Positions 24,497 to 37,944 of a DNA stretch of 64,000 nucleotides are shown one piece after another. Below the pieces are notes generated by a model. The model had not been told where the DNA came from and made no database searches. It worked only from the letters and a program-made list of their open reading frames with translations. The position numbers and the translations under genes are program-made. The DNA is taken from NCBI RefSeq assembly GCF_963921235.1, contig NC_086109.1:18478001-18542000 (forward strand). Reading direction: 5' to 3'. This DNA comes from Mobula hypostoma. Lineage: Eukaryota. How positions within the stretch are numbered: the stretch's first letter is position 1; each line of letters opens with the position of its first letter.

Positions 24497-24825
24497 TCAA
24501 AGTTGCTGGTGAACGCAGCAGGCCAGGCAGCATCTCTAGGAGGAGGTACAGTCGACGTTTCAGGCCGAGACCCTTCGTTGTCCCTTTCCTCTAACCGTCC
24601 ATAAATGTTTGTAAGATATCGACTGTCAGCCGGATAGTTAAACTGCAAATCTTTCTCGCAAACATCTTGGAAACATCTCGCAAACATCTAGCCCTGACAA
24701 AGGGTCTCGACCTGAAATGTCGACTGCACCTCTTCCTAGAAATGCTGCCTGGCCTGCTGCGTTCACCAGCAACTTTGATGTGTGTTGCTTGAATTTCCAG
24801 CATCTGCTGAATTCCTGTTGTTTTC
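24497..24825. mobile_element. Penelope-like inverted tail insertion with ~110-bp foreign spacer
   Basis: Inverted arms of the same family as 1730-1947; TSD GACACATTTCACT at 24484-24496 and 24826-24838. Confidence 0.8.
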
Positions 24826-26139
24826 GACACATTTCACTGTATGTTTCAGTGTACGTACGAATATGCCTCGACTCGTTTGATTTTGTGTTTTTCACTTGCT
24901 TTTTCGTTGCCCTTTGTGTTTTTTTTGTGCATGGGGTGAGGGTGTTTGATGTTCTTCGTGTTTGATGCTTTGTTTTGTGGCTGTCTGTGGGGGAGACGAA
25001 TCTCAGGGTTGCATACTACATACATACTTTGAATTTTTGAATGACATAAATAAATCTGAAGCAGAATCAGAATCTCTGAAATTACACATTGACCATAGAG
25101 GAACAGATACGTTATTAGGAACTTTAAAAAATCCCATATCGGGAAGAAAAAAACAAATATTTGCCATTTCTTTCTTTGCATCATCACTTTACCACCAACA
25201 ATCCCTCTACCTACCACCTCCCGGACAGCTGGAAACATTACAGCATGAACAAACTGTTTAGGAAAGTGTTTGGTCAAATCTATCAGAATTTATTGATCTT
25301 ACCCTTCCTGAACTTTGATCCCAAGATTGGCCCTCTTTGCCTTGTGTTTGCTGGATAGTATTCTAATGACTTAAAGGCAGATTTTAACTCCAAGGTATTT
25401 AAATACTAGGAACAATGGCATTCTCAAACTATGAGACAGAATGTAACACTGTTTACAAAAAATGCACAATACATGAATCACCAAATATGGGATAAATTTA
25501 GTCATCATTTGTGTTTGGGGGCTGGACCACTTAACTATGTTACTCTCTTGAACTCCTTTTGGAACAAATGAAAGAGTCTTGCCACAGCACTTACAAAACC
25601 AGTAATAATCTTGCGCTATCTGTCAATGGCAAGGCTTTCATCACCAGTCTGTGTGGTAAATACTGTATTTTCATTATGTGGATTATTGGTTTTAACTTCC
25701 TGACCAAAATTGTGCTGATTCTGATTGAAGAGGCCTGAGGCATGTAAATACTGTCATGTGTACTTTTTTGGAATGATGAGGGCCTGCTCAGAACAAGTTA
25801 CACCCAAAGAGCTGTGGAACATAATCAGTCGATTAAACTTTGTCCCAAGTTAGGGTAACTGACAACCTGACAACACTGCAACAAGCTTTGAATGTTTTTG
25901 AATAATGTTCTTAGAGTAGCAGAGAAGAAAGATTGCAACACTCGTTGCTGAGAACCATTAAAACATATTATCTGCTGTGACGGTGTTTTTATTTTTTGGG
26001 GGGGGCAGCTAACTTATCTTGTGAAAATTCAGGCAGGGCTTCTACCTCTGAATATCTTAGGGGCACCCAGCATCATGAAATATTTGGATATATAATCTCT
26101 CTATGAAGCCTAATTTTTAAAAAAAATTACAGCTGAATT

Positions 26140-26940
26140 GTCTGCAATTTTGCCCTATCATCTGCCTGTCCTTCTTCACAGTCTCACTATATACTTGCAT
26201 ACTAACTGCCCCATCCTCAGCACTATCACTCCAGTTCCCACCCCACACCAAATTAGTTTACACCCTCTCCAACAATTCTAGCAAATCTGCCTGCAGGGAT
26301 ATAGGTCCCCCTTGGGTTCAAGTGTAACCCGTTCTGTTTGAATAGGTCATACCTTCCCCAGAACAGATCTCAATGATCCAGAAATCCCCTTGCACCAATT
26401 CCTCAGCCAAGTATTCAGCTTCCAAATCATCCTATTCTTATCCTTACTGGTGTGTGGCACAGGCAGCAATTCAAAGATTACTGACTTTAGGATCTCGCTT
26501 TTCAGCTTTCTACCTAACTCCCTATATTCTCTCTTCAGAACCTCTTTCCTTTTCCTATCTATGCTGTGAGTACCAATATGCACCATAACTTCTGACTGTT
26601 CTCCCTCCCCCTTCAGAATGTAGTGGACTTAATTTGAGATGTCCCTGACCCTGACACCTGGGGCAATGTACCATATGGTGCCTCTTTCGCAGCCACAGAA
26701 TCTCATGTCTGCTTCTCCAACTATGGAATCCCTTATCACTGCTACACTACACTTCTTCCCCCTTCCATTCTGAGCCAGAACCAGACTCAATGCCAGAGAC
26801 CGGGCCACTGCAGCTCAATGCATTTTGTGTTTGTGCAGATGTAGTTAAACAGAGAGACTGGAGATCTCCACGAGTTCTCACATAAAGAACATACCACTAA
26901 CCCTGGACGCATTCTTACCGCACTAGCTATGTGCTAATAG
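26140..26940 (-). mobile_element. Old CR1 ORF1 (esterase) fragment
   Basis: MVHIGTHSIDRKRKEVLKREYRELGRKLK, homologous to 19425-19691. Confidence 0.75.
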
Positions 26941-27117
26941 TCAAAGAATATGATAGGTGAAACTAGGCGAGGGGGAAGGTGGGTGGGTGGGGGAGGAGGT
27001 TGAAGTAAAATGTTGGGAGATGGGAGAGTAAAGGGCTGAAGAAGGAGGAATCTGATCACTTGAAACGGAAACAGAAGCATTGGTTTAAAATATTATCAAA
27101 AAGATCAGTAACTTCAG

Positions 27118-28273
27118 TAAGGCCTTTGACAAGGTTCCACACAGAAGGTTAGTTAGGAAGGTTCAATCGTTAGGCATTAATATGGAAGTAGTAAAATGGA
27201 TTCAGCAGGGGCTAGATGGGAGATGCCAGAGAGTAGAGGTGGATAACTGTGTGTCAGATTGGAGGATGGTGTGTAGCGGTGTGCCTCAGGGATCTGTACT
27301 GGGTCCAATGTTGTTTGTCGTATATATTAATGATCTGGATGATAGGGTGGTAAATTGGATTAGTAAGTATGCAGATGATACTAAGATAGGTGGTGTTGTG
27401 GATGATGAGGTAGGTTTTCAAAGCTTGCAGAGAGATTTAGGACAGTTAGAAAAGTGGGCTGAAAGATGGCAGATGGAGTTTAATGCCAAAAAATGTGAGG
27501 TGCTACATTTTGGTAGAACTAATCATACATGGTAAATGGTAGGGCATTAAAGAATGCTTTAGAACAGAGGGATCTAGGAATAATGGTGCATAGTTCCCTG
27601 AATATGGAATCTCATGTGGATAGGGTGGTGAAGAAAGTTTTTGGTTTGCTGGACTTTATTAATCAGAGCATTGAGTATAGGAGTTGGGATGTGATGTTGA
27701 ATTTGTATAAGGTATTGGTAAGGCCAAATCTGGAGTATTGTGTACAGTTCTGGTCACCGAATTATAGGAAAGATGTCAATAAAATTGAGAGAGTACAGAG
27801 GAGGTTTACTAAAATGTTGCCTGGGTTTCATCTCCTAAGTTACAGAGAAAGGTTGAACAAGTTAGGTCTTTATTCTTTGGAGCATAGAAGGTTGAGGGGA
27901 GACTTGATCGAAGTGTTTAAAATTATGAGGGGGATTGATAGAGTTGACGTGGTTAGACTTTTTCCATTGAGAGTGGGGAAGATTCAAACAAGAGGGCATG
28001 GGTTGAGAATTAGAGGACAAAAGTTTAGGGGTAACATGAGGGGGAACTTTACTCAGAGAGTGGTAGCTGTGTGAAATGAGCTTCCAGCAGAAGTGGTTGA
28101 GGCGGCTTCAATGTTGGCATTTAAAGTTAAATTGGTTAGATATATGGACAGGAAAGGAATGCAGGGTTATGGGCTGAGTGCAGGTCCGTGGGAATAGGAT
28201 AGGGTAAGAGTTCAGCACGGACTAGAAGGGCTGAGATGGCCTGTTTCTGTGCTGTAATTGTTATATGGTTATA
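27118..28273 (+). mobile_element. CR1 LINE, 5'-truncated (RT plus 3' tail)
   Basis: SGVPQGSVLGPMLF, KYADDTK, RPNLEYCVQFWSP; same family as 60785-63730. Confidence 0.92.
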
Positions 28274-30189
28274 ACTTCTAAAGAGCAGCTTTTCCTCAGT
28301 TAGACATGGGATATTCCATAATCACTAAATTAGAAATAATTCAACTAATTTGCCAGTAATGTGTAATCAGCATCATTCAGAATAGCTAGGCAAACTGCTA
28401 GATTGAAAATCAAAAATCTGGAAAAAATACAAAAATTCTAGAAGCACTCAGGTCAAGTATTGCCTACTTGTTAATGAGCCCAAATGCATAAGTGGGTGAG
28501 CCAGAGATATAGGAAAGCTGGTAGCTGTTGGGGATGGAAAAAGTGACCAGGCAGTCGTGAAGGAAAAGGGTCCCTTCAAAATGCTAAAAGGGGAAGAAAA
28601 GTTGAGTCTGGTGGTGAAATTTTGTTGAAGCTGTAAAAATGTTTCATCCACTCCAGATGCTGCACATGTGGAAGGTGAGGACCTGGGAAACTATCCTTGC
28701 TCTGTGCTGGCGATGGGGTGAGGGCAGAGGTGTGCGATACACTTCCATTTCCTTCTGGTGCACTGCATTCACTGTTCATAATATGACCTCCTTAACATTG
28801 GAGAAACCAAACGGGTGGTTGCTTTACAGTGCAGCTGCATAGAGTGCTCCACAGAGGAGACTAAGAGCTTCTGTTGCCCATCACCTTAATTCTCCATTAC
28901 ATTTCTGTGTCCTTCTGCACTCTCACAAGGAGATCTAAGATAAGCACATCCAATATCTCATTCTCTTTTGGTGCATGCTGCAGCCTTGCAGAATCAGTAT
29001 CAAATTCTTTAAGTTTGATTAATTCAGAACAGCAGATATGCACCATGTGGTTACCATAGTGGTTACCGCGATGCTATTACAGCTTGGGGCATTCCAGAGT
29101 TCTGGGTTCAATTATGCCACTGTTTTGTAAGAAGTCACTGTATGGTCTCCGAATGCGTGGGTTTTCTCCAGGTGCTCTGGTTTTCTTCCACTGTCCAAAG
29201 ATGCACCAGGTAATTTAATTGGTCTTTGTAAATTGTCCTGTGATTAGGTTACAGAGTTAATCAGGGTTGTGGGGTTGCTGGGGTGGCATGGCTCGAATGG
29301 ACAACTCTACGCAATATTACTGAATATATAAATTCTGAGGCAAGACATCGACCTGTGATATTAGCTCATCTTTTCTCCCCTCTCTCCATTAGCACAGCCT
29401 GACTTGCTGGGCACACACTAGATCAAAGATTCAAAGGTTCATTTATTACCAAAGTATACAACTCTGCAATTCTTCTTCTCCAGGTAGCCACGAAACCAAG
29501 AATTGCAAGCACAATCACCAACCCCCAAATCCCTCCTCCCTGGACAAAAAAACAGGCACATCGACCTCCCCCCAAATCCCCCTCCCCACCACACAAACAC
29601 AGGAAAGATCTGGTGAAAAACACATGAAAAAAAGGTCTGAAAAACCAGTCTATAGTCCAAGTCCATATCCAAATCGCAAAAAACCTGAATAACATTCTCT
29701 GGGCACAGCAGCTGACCTTTCCCTCTCCTTGGCAGAGCAATCCCACCAGCGATCAGAAGGCAGTCTCTACATCTGGCAACTTCCATGTTTCTTTGCTTGC
29801 ATGGTCTCTCCTTAACTACCCCAAAGTCACTGCTTTCATTCACTTTCTCTGACTGGGTCCCATTAACCCATTGACCAGATAATCTTTACAACTTATCCAT
29901 TTGGCAGTCATGGCCTCTCTATAAATTATATTCCTTTTGTTCAATCCAACTTCCCACTCCTCTGCAAATTAAAAATAACTTACTTTCTCCCTCTGCTTTA
30001 CCCACTGAGTGCTTCCTGCATTTTTGGATTTTATTTTAGCTTTGGAGCATCTGATTTTTATTTTATATATTTGCGGCACATGACTTTAACTACCACTAAC
30101 TTGCCATTACTTCAGTTTTTTTGTGTTCCCAAAGAAGTTAGTTGTAAGCAGTAAACAGAGTTGTGCATTTCCCTATTAAACGCATTGTG

Positions 30190-30560
30190 AAATGGGGGAA
30201 AAAATTGATCTAAGTGACTTTGACCATGATTGTTGGGTGGTTTGAGCACCGCAGAAACAGTTGATCTCCTGGTATTTTCACACACAATAGTCTCTGGAGT
30301 TTAGAGAATAGTGTGAAAAACAAAAAAAAATCCAGTGAACAGTGGTCCTGTGGGTGAAGATGCCTTGAGCGGTCAGAAGAGAATGGCCGGACTGGCTCAA
30401 CCTGACCAGAGGGCAACAGTAACTCAAATAACCACATGTTGCAACAGTGGTGTGCAGAAGAGCATCTCTGTGGATGACCTACAGCAGAAGACCATGAACA
30501 TACACTTAGTTGCCATTTTATTAGGTACAGAAAATACCTAATAAAATGGCCAGAGTGTAC
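30190..30560 (+). mobile_element. Partial Tc1-like element
   Basis: Homologous to 23340-23738 including the right TIR (cctaataaaatggccagagtg). Confidence 0.7.
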
Positions 30561-30726
30561 ATGTAAATATACAGTGCTTGGTGAATAAAGTTGATTCTTG
30601 ATCCACCTTATACTAGTGAGTGCTTGTTGATCATCTCCAGTATGCAAATTACTCTTGTATTTTGATCTCTAAATGCTTTGTTGACTAAGTAAATAAGACA
30701 CAAGACTCCTTGGTATGAATTCTGGT

Positions 30727-30732
30727 TTTATT
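30727..30732 (-). promoter_or_regulatory. Putative distal poly(A) signal of CTTNBP2NL
   Basis: Minus-strand AATAAA, followed ~20 nt later by GU-rich gtcttgtgtcttattt, with several upstream UGUA motifs. It lies at the end of a repeat-poor AT-rich block. Confidence 0.5.
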
Positions 30733-33305
30733 AATGGTAATTACCATTAACTGTGAATATATGCAATTCCTTTACATTTTTAAAATTTACAACATGCAGA
30801 TTCAAAAGGCACTTAGAAGTTGCACTTTGAATTAGTTGAAATATCCCAGCAGTACAAACAAAATCCTGTTAGATAGAGCAGCTTCAGATTTAGAAGTTTG
30901 TAAATGAAGCACAAAAAGGAATCACCCCTTTACATGCATTTTTAGGTACACAGTACATTGAAAGTCTGGAAAAAATACCAATTCTACAGTATCAAAACAG
31001 TTTTATAGCTTATAAATTATTAAAAATATATTGCTATGAATGTTTTAAAACTAAGAATACTAATTGGTCCAATCAATTATGCTATGAGATGGAAGCACTA
31101 CACTATTTTACACTGTGAATTAGTGTTACAATAAAAATGGAAGCAATGTTAAAATGCAATTTACTTCAAATGCGATGAGAAAGCACAACGATTCATATTA
31201 AGTGCCACATACATACTGATTTATCATCGCCATTCAAATGGACAATATCCCACTTCCTTTATCCCTCAACACATTTTTTTCTAGCCCCTTTCAAGAATCT
31301 TGTTGTACTACAGTTTATTCAGCATCCCCCCAAATTACCCAGACCGGCCATCTCTTTCAGAGTAAATCCCATTACAGAAATTATTGTAGGTGGTTATCAA
31401 GCAATTCCAAATACTGAGCAATAGGATTACTGGCTGGTGACTGATTCCTCAGGGGAAAATTAGAAACTTCCATCATGCTGACATCAATTCAATAACATAG
31501 GGTATACTTGGTCTATACATGGTTCAGACACCCTTGCCTTAATCAAGTTAGTGGTTCCTGAATGAAACCTATTGATAATCAGTGAAGTTCAGCACTTTTT
31601 TCAATACCCAGAAAGGATGCTTCCCATTCTGTTAATTATTCACAAACAATAATGGAAATGCAGAACACTAGAGTTTTTGAATATCATTTTCCAAATGCAG
31701 AAATTAATCAATATTTGGATTGTGAAGATTCATGTGGTGTGGCAAATAAACCTTGGCAACAGCATTTTATGGAATAAGATTAATCACATCTCAAAAAATA
31801 CATACTGTATGCATCAAAATTTATTTCCTTAAAACCATATGCTTAACATATTGTTTAGTAAATTAAGACAAAAAAAATGCGTACACCTGAAAGCACAAGT
31901 AGTTCTGATCTACCAGAGCAAAGCAACTGCATTTAGCTTTTCTGAAAACAAACGCCCCAGCACTTACAGTAGAGATCAGATGTAAAACAGCTAAACATAA
32001 ATAAAGGCTTCTGATACACTTCAGGTCAGTTTCCAAGGTGTGGCTTTTGTTTTGGTCTTAAATATCTGTGTGTGGTACATACATCCATTAGTTGAGTTGT
32101 TGTATGTGTGTCAATAGAAAATTAGTTTGAGACAGAAGACTAAATAAGTGGGAAAGCTTCAATAGAAATGCCTTCAGTATCACTATCAGTAAAGTAGTGT
32201 ATATATTTTTTAAAAGAAGTGGCATTCATAACTACATACTTTGGAAAAGTAAGCTGGCTTCTGGGGTGGGAAATTCAAAATTACATCTGCACTGTAGTTT
32301 AAACTTACGACATGTAATTCTTTTGATTTTATTTTAGTCTCTGCACACAGACACATGTAAAACAAGAAAATATTTAACAATTTAAAAAGATTTACATAAT
32401 CAATTTTAGAAGTATTGTCAGAAGCGGAATAGGATGGAGCATTATTGACAATCTCGGGAATAATTATTAAAATAGCCTCCACAAAACATCAGTTGGCAAA
32501 GCAGAGGGAGATAACTTTAAAAGTTCAATTGCTTCAAGATTCAAGTTTTTAAGTGTTTTCAGTAGGATGCATTTGCCAAGACTTTCAAGCAACTGGGCAG
32601 GTTTAACCTGCTCTCAGTACTCTGTCACGAGAGATTTTAGATGTAGTGTAATTAATATTCATTTTTAATTCAATTGAGAACCATTTCTCTTCCCACTCAT
32701 CAAAAATCATAATTAATGATTTATTTTAAGAGTAACTTCTGTAAATTAACTTGGAGTAATTTGTAATTGTAAGATTCTGAAGAAGTAATTAGATTAACAA
32801 GAATCATAAAATTACTTGCTTCACAGATAATGGAAGGAATCCACATTCCATCCACAATGTTTCGCTCTCATTGTTAGATTTAATTAATTGGATGAATTAA
32901 TTCCATTCCAAAGAACAATTCAATGATTTTTTGAAGATATTGATTAGGTCAATTTCATTGGTTCATGTTAACTTTTGCAAGACGTCATGTATTCTGTATC
33001 CTGAAGAGTTACCATTCATTTGAAATTAATTCCAGAACTTTAACAAATGCCACTAGAACATTCATTAAATTCCAAAATGTACAATGAATTTTGATTGTTT
33101 TTAAATGACTCCAGCCAGCACATGTAACAGCATCTAATACTTAGTTAAGCCTCCAATTTGAAAAGATGAAACACAAATAGACAAGTCTCCTCATTTCAGA
33201 TTCAATAGGATGGGCTAAACTTCTATCAAACCAGTTTACTTTCAATATGGGAAAAAAATGTTTTGCATCTTTTGGGTTGCATTTATCAATTTAATACCTG
33301 CATAA

Positions 33306-34091
33306 TACTTTGGTGGCAAAAATAGGAAAACAGATTATTATCTGAATGGTGGCCGATTAGGAAAAGGGGAGGTGCAACGAGACCTGGGTGTCATTATACA
33401 CCAGTCATTGAAAGTGGGCATGCAGGTACAGCAGGCGGTGAAAAAGGCGAACGGTATGCTGGCATTTATAGCGAGAGGATTCGAGTACAGGAGCAGGGAG
33501 GTACTACTGCAGTTGTACAAGGCCTTGGTGAGACCACACCTGGAGTATTGTGTGCAGTTTTGGTCCCCTAATCTGAGGAAAGACATCTTTGCCATAGAGG
33601 GAGTACAAAGAAGGTTCACCAGATTGATTCCTGGGATGGCAGGTCTTTCATATGAAGAAAGACTGGATGAACTGGGCTTGTACTCGTTGGAATTTAGAAG
33701 ATTGAGGGGGGATCTGATTGAAACGTATAAGATCCTAAAGGGATTGGACAGGCTAGATGCGGGAAGATTGTTCCCGATGTTGGGGAGGTCTAGAACGAGG
33801 GGTCACAGTTTGAGGATAGAGGGGAAGCCTTTTAGGACCGAGGTTAGGAAAAACTTCTTCACACAGAGAGTGGTGAATCTGTGGAATTCTCTGCCACAGC
33901 AAACTGTTGAGGCCAGTTCATTAGCTATGTTTAAAAGGAAGTTAGATATGGCCCTTGTGGCTACAGGGGTCAGGGGGTATGGAGGGAAGGCTGGGTTCTG
34001 AGTTGGATGATCAGCCATGATCATAATAAATGGCGGTGCAGGCTCGAAGGGCCGAATGGCCTACTCCTGCACCTATTTTCTATGTTTCTAT
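33306..34091 (+). mobile_element. Young 5'-truncated CR1, antisense within the putative CTTNBP2NL 3'UTR
   Basis: Uninterrupted 209-aa ORF2 C-terminus (QRDLGV..RPHLEYCVQFWSP..FFTQRVVNLWNSLP); tail ttctatgtttctat. Confidence 0.92.
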
Positions 34092-37000
34092 AATTGTTAT
34101 TTATTGCAATCACTACTGTTATTAAAAGTTTGTCAATAACTGCAAGATTTTAACTATTTAGCATCATTTAGTGCAGTTTTGTTGCAGAAAACAAGAAACC
34201 CGGTACTTTATCAGTCACTATTCCCTATTTCTCCCGATCCTACATCACTATCCACCACCATTCTATCACCTACATCATGTAATTTCAAATCACTGTCACA
34301 GCATGGTAGCAAAATTTAAAACAAAAATCCTCAAAGGAAAACTATTTTTAAAATACCCGTGGCATTAAGGAAACAATTAAAACATGATTCCAAAAACTTC
34401 CACAAGCCGCACAACCCTTACTCCAGTAGCTTGCAATTTTCTCTCCACGGGAACTCACTTCCATGATTTACTTATAAATACGTATTGTTAGCTGTATTAT
34501 ACTGACTATATTCTTCAGCTACTACTCAGCACTTACATAAACTTAAAATTATACTAGAACTGTCAACTTTTCCAATATGGACATAAGTACTTACCTTCTG
34601 CAGTTAATTTGTCTACAGTTCCTCAACCATTTTCAAAATCATCTCTCAGTACAAAGGACTTCTTGAAACTGGCCCTCATTTGCCCTACCTGTCTTTGTTC
34701 TATTATTAGTTTACCTTGCGGAGTTCCAGATTTACTGTCAATGGATTATCTGTATATCTAAATGAGGCAATGCCTCACCTACATTCTTTGCAACTTCCCT
34801 AATCACAGCAAATAGTCCTGGGGGGGCACTGATCAGCACTCAGTGTGCAAGACAGCCAACTGGATTAATTGGGATGTATTCACGCTACGTAATGATATTA
34901 CCTCTCTGATTTCATTTCTCGCTATCCCTATCAGGTGGCCCACACAGCTTTAAGAAAGTAAGAATATAAAATGTATTTTAGAAAAGCGTCACTGAATTTC
35001 AAAAATGCACAAAACATTGATTACTTAAAGTTGACCATTCATGAAGCAATAATCTGTTGTTCTGTTGCCGAAATTGTTGATCACATTTTGGTAACAATGA
35101 TATATACCCTACTGGGACCAACATGTGTAATTTTTTATAAAGCAGTAGTGGTTCATTTGCAATGTTCATGGATCTGGAATAAACCAATCATAGCAAACCA
35201 TGTCAATCTGAAGTCACAGACTTTCCATTGCTTATCATAATGTTTTGTTAAGCTAGTTCACAGCTTATGGAGCACTGTCTTAAATTATTTATTTTGTGCC
35301 CTCCGTTACATGGAAACACATGAATTTATCGACACATCCCAGAAGTCAGCAGGCTATCTGAGAATTTGTGTGATCCAACAAGCTTTGAACTTCTGTTGCT
35401 AAGCAAAGCAGGGAGAATATTGGAGGAGGGTTGAGATACAGTTCTGGTTCAGCTGGGTGTTGTGCCTCTTAGAACTGATAAAAGCTGATGCCAGAAGGCA
35501 GGCAGGATGAGATGACATGGAATACTCTGGTCCTCCCACAACTGCATTTCATCTTCCAAGACGGTGATACTACTGAGGTCCAAACTGCTAGTTTCCCGAT
35601 ACCTACTGATTGCTGCAGAACAGATCATTCAAAAAAACAAAGAAATCTCAGACATTTTAGGAACTTGCTTTTTTTTGGAAACGTAACGTTTCAAAGTTAC
35701 TACCTCCTAATCTAGTAAGATCAAACTCTAAGGGCATCAGAAATACCAAAGGTAGCTTTCTAATTCATAGAAATGATTCATTCCCAAGGTTTCATCAGGA
35801 CTGGGCAAGAATGGCAATTGAAGGCCCTTTATTTCAGAGTTTAAATGGCTGAGTGAGCCTTTTGAGCGTCTCAAGTGCACAGTCTTTGTAGCCTTTAAAA
35901 TACTGAGTATTAAAAGAAATATTATATTTAAAAATGCTAACCGAGGATTTCACTTATTGCTCTGTGATTCCTACTATGTACAAAATGGCCATCACTTGCA
36001 CCTAAATAACATTTACCACATTTTAAGGCAATTCAACTCACCTGAAGACCTTTGAGCTATAGATCCAAGGTGCAAAAAGATGCTAAACAATTTTCAAATT
36101 TTCCGTTCTAGTAGTCGCACCAATTTACCCTGATGCTTAGAAACAGGTGGTAAAAAAAAAGAACACAGACTGTGATACAAATTTAGTACAATTTCTCACT
36201 GGATCTCCTCAGTGGATCATATCTATCCTGCAGTTTACAAAACTGTGTTTAAAATGACTGCTGCCAATCAAACATACAATTTTTAATCTGTCATTTAGAT
36301 GACTAAAATTAATACTTTATCAGATCTTGAAGTTATTTAAATTCTGATTTGTCTATGTTAATGCCTATCATGGTGGAAGACTAATCTATTTGTGTAGGGA
36401 AATGGGGGGCAGGTGGCATGTAAGTAAGCAAAGCCATTTTCCCAAACCATTGGACAGTCTGATAAAACTCCAGCTTCACTGTTGTGGTAGAGATCCAGCA
36501 ATAAATCTGTGTTGCCATTTTAGTCATATGAATGTGTACAATGAGATTCTCATTGTGGGGTGTTGGAAGGAAAAAAAACTAAAAAAAACACACCACACCC
36601 ACTGGGGAGAACATCGGTTTATAGGCTCAGTTTAAAAAAATTGTACCATCTTCTTGTACTTGATGTTGTGTATGCCTTGTGCACACCGTAGATTTCCTCT
36701 CCTCATTGCATATTTCTAGCTAAACTGAGCATTTAAACAAGCCTCTGGAAATTATAAAGATATTATTACAGTACGTAGTTGCTCAAAATTTGACTGCCCC
36801 TGAATACCACAAGTAGTTGAACTCACTTTGAATAAAGTTTAATGACACTTAACTAATGGATGTAAAGCAGAACACTGTGCAATCCCTTTGGCTGTGCTAC
36901 TTACAAATCGAGGAAACATTTGAATCTGTTGTTAAAGTACTCGAACTCCCTCTGATATGATATACAGATCCTTGGCAATTAATGAATCAAACCAGAGGAA

Positions 37001-37944
37001 TACAGCATTTAAAACATCAATCACAGGTCTATTCTAGTAGTTTAGCATCCAGATGAAAAAAAAAACATCACCAGCAACCTTTGCTAACACTCCCAGGATC
37101 AGTTAGCTAAGTAATAAAATAATTAAATATATATAGTTTAACTGAAGTCTTCACTGAAGAGATATTACATTTAAAGGTTTTAAATGCACTCATTGCAGGA
37201 GCAAAAACAGTTCTTAATTACTACCACCACCATCAAAGCAAAACAATAATGAAGGGTAAATTATTTTAGTTATGTGACAAGGAAGAAAGCAAACTTATGT
37301 TTCTCAGATCCACTATCTTCTACCCACTACCCACGTTTATCATTATAAGAACCAAAGTGACCATCAGAAAATTGTTTGCAGTTTTCTGTGAAATTCCTGA
37401 TGGATTTCCCAGCACCATTATCATCCCTTACATAAAGGCTGGCTTGGGCTGCAACATGAACCTAACCAGATTTGCAAATTATAGAGTTTTCATTCCCTTT
37501 TTAAATCTCTTCCCATTTTAGTTTCACAATGTACTTTTCACGATTATAAAATTACATTAGTGAATACCAATAAAAGCCATGGTTATGGTGAATGGACAAA
37601 ACACCCCGAAGGAACTTCAAAACATTTTGGGGAGCATTCAGTGATTCCATCCATTAATTGATGACTGGTAACACTGTACTGAAAAGTCTTTTATTAAATG
37701 GGAGCTTCTGAATTTTTATACATTTAGTTAATTTTTCCCATTTAACCCATAAATTAATGTTATTGATACCAAGACTAAAAAGGTAAATATAAAACACTAA
37801 CTGCTAAAGTTTGTAAAATGCTGAGCAAAGTGGATATTGTATAAATACAAAATGTGCTATAAATAATAAATTGTTATTACAAAACTCCAATTATCTGGAA
37901 GGAGTGAAAAAAAAGCATCAACTCACATCTGGTTTCTACACAGT

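Noticed and set aside
1..30000. WNT2B exons, expected downstream from recalled human synteny
   Set aside because: No Wnt-like Cys-pattern coding sequence found by eye on either strand.
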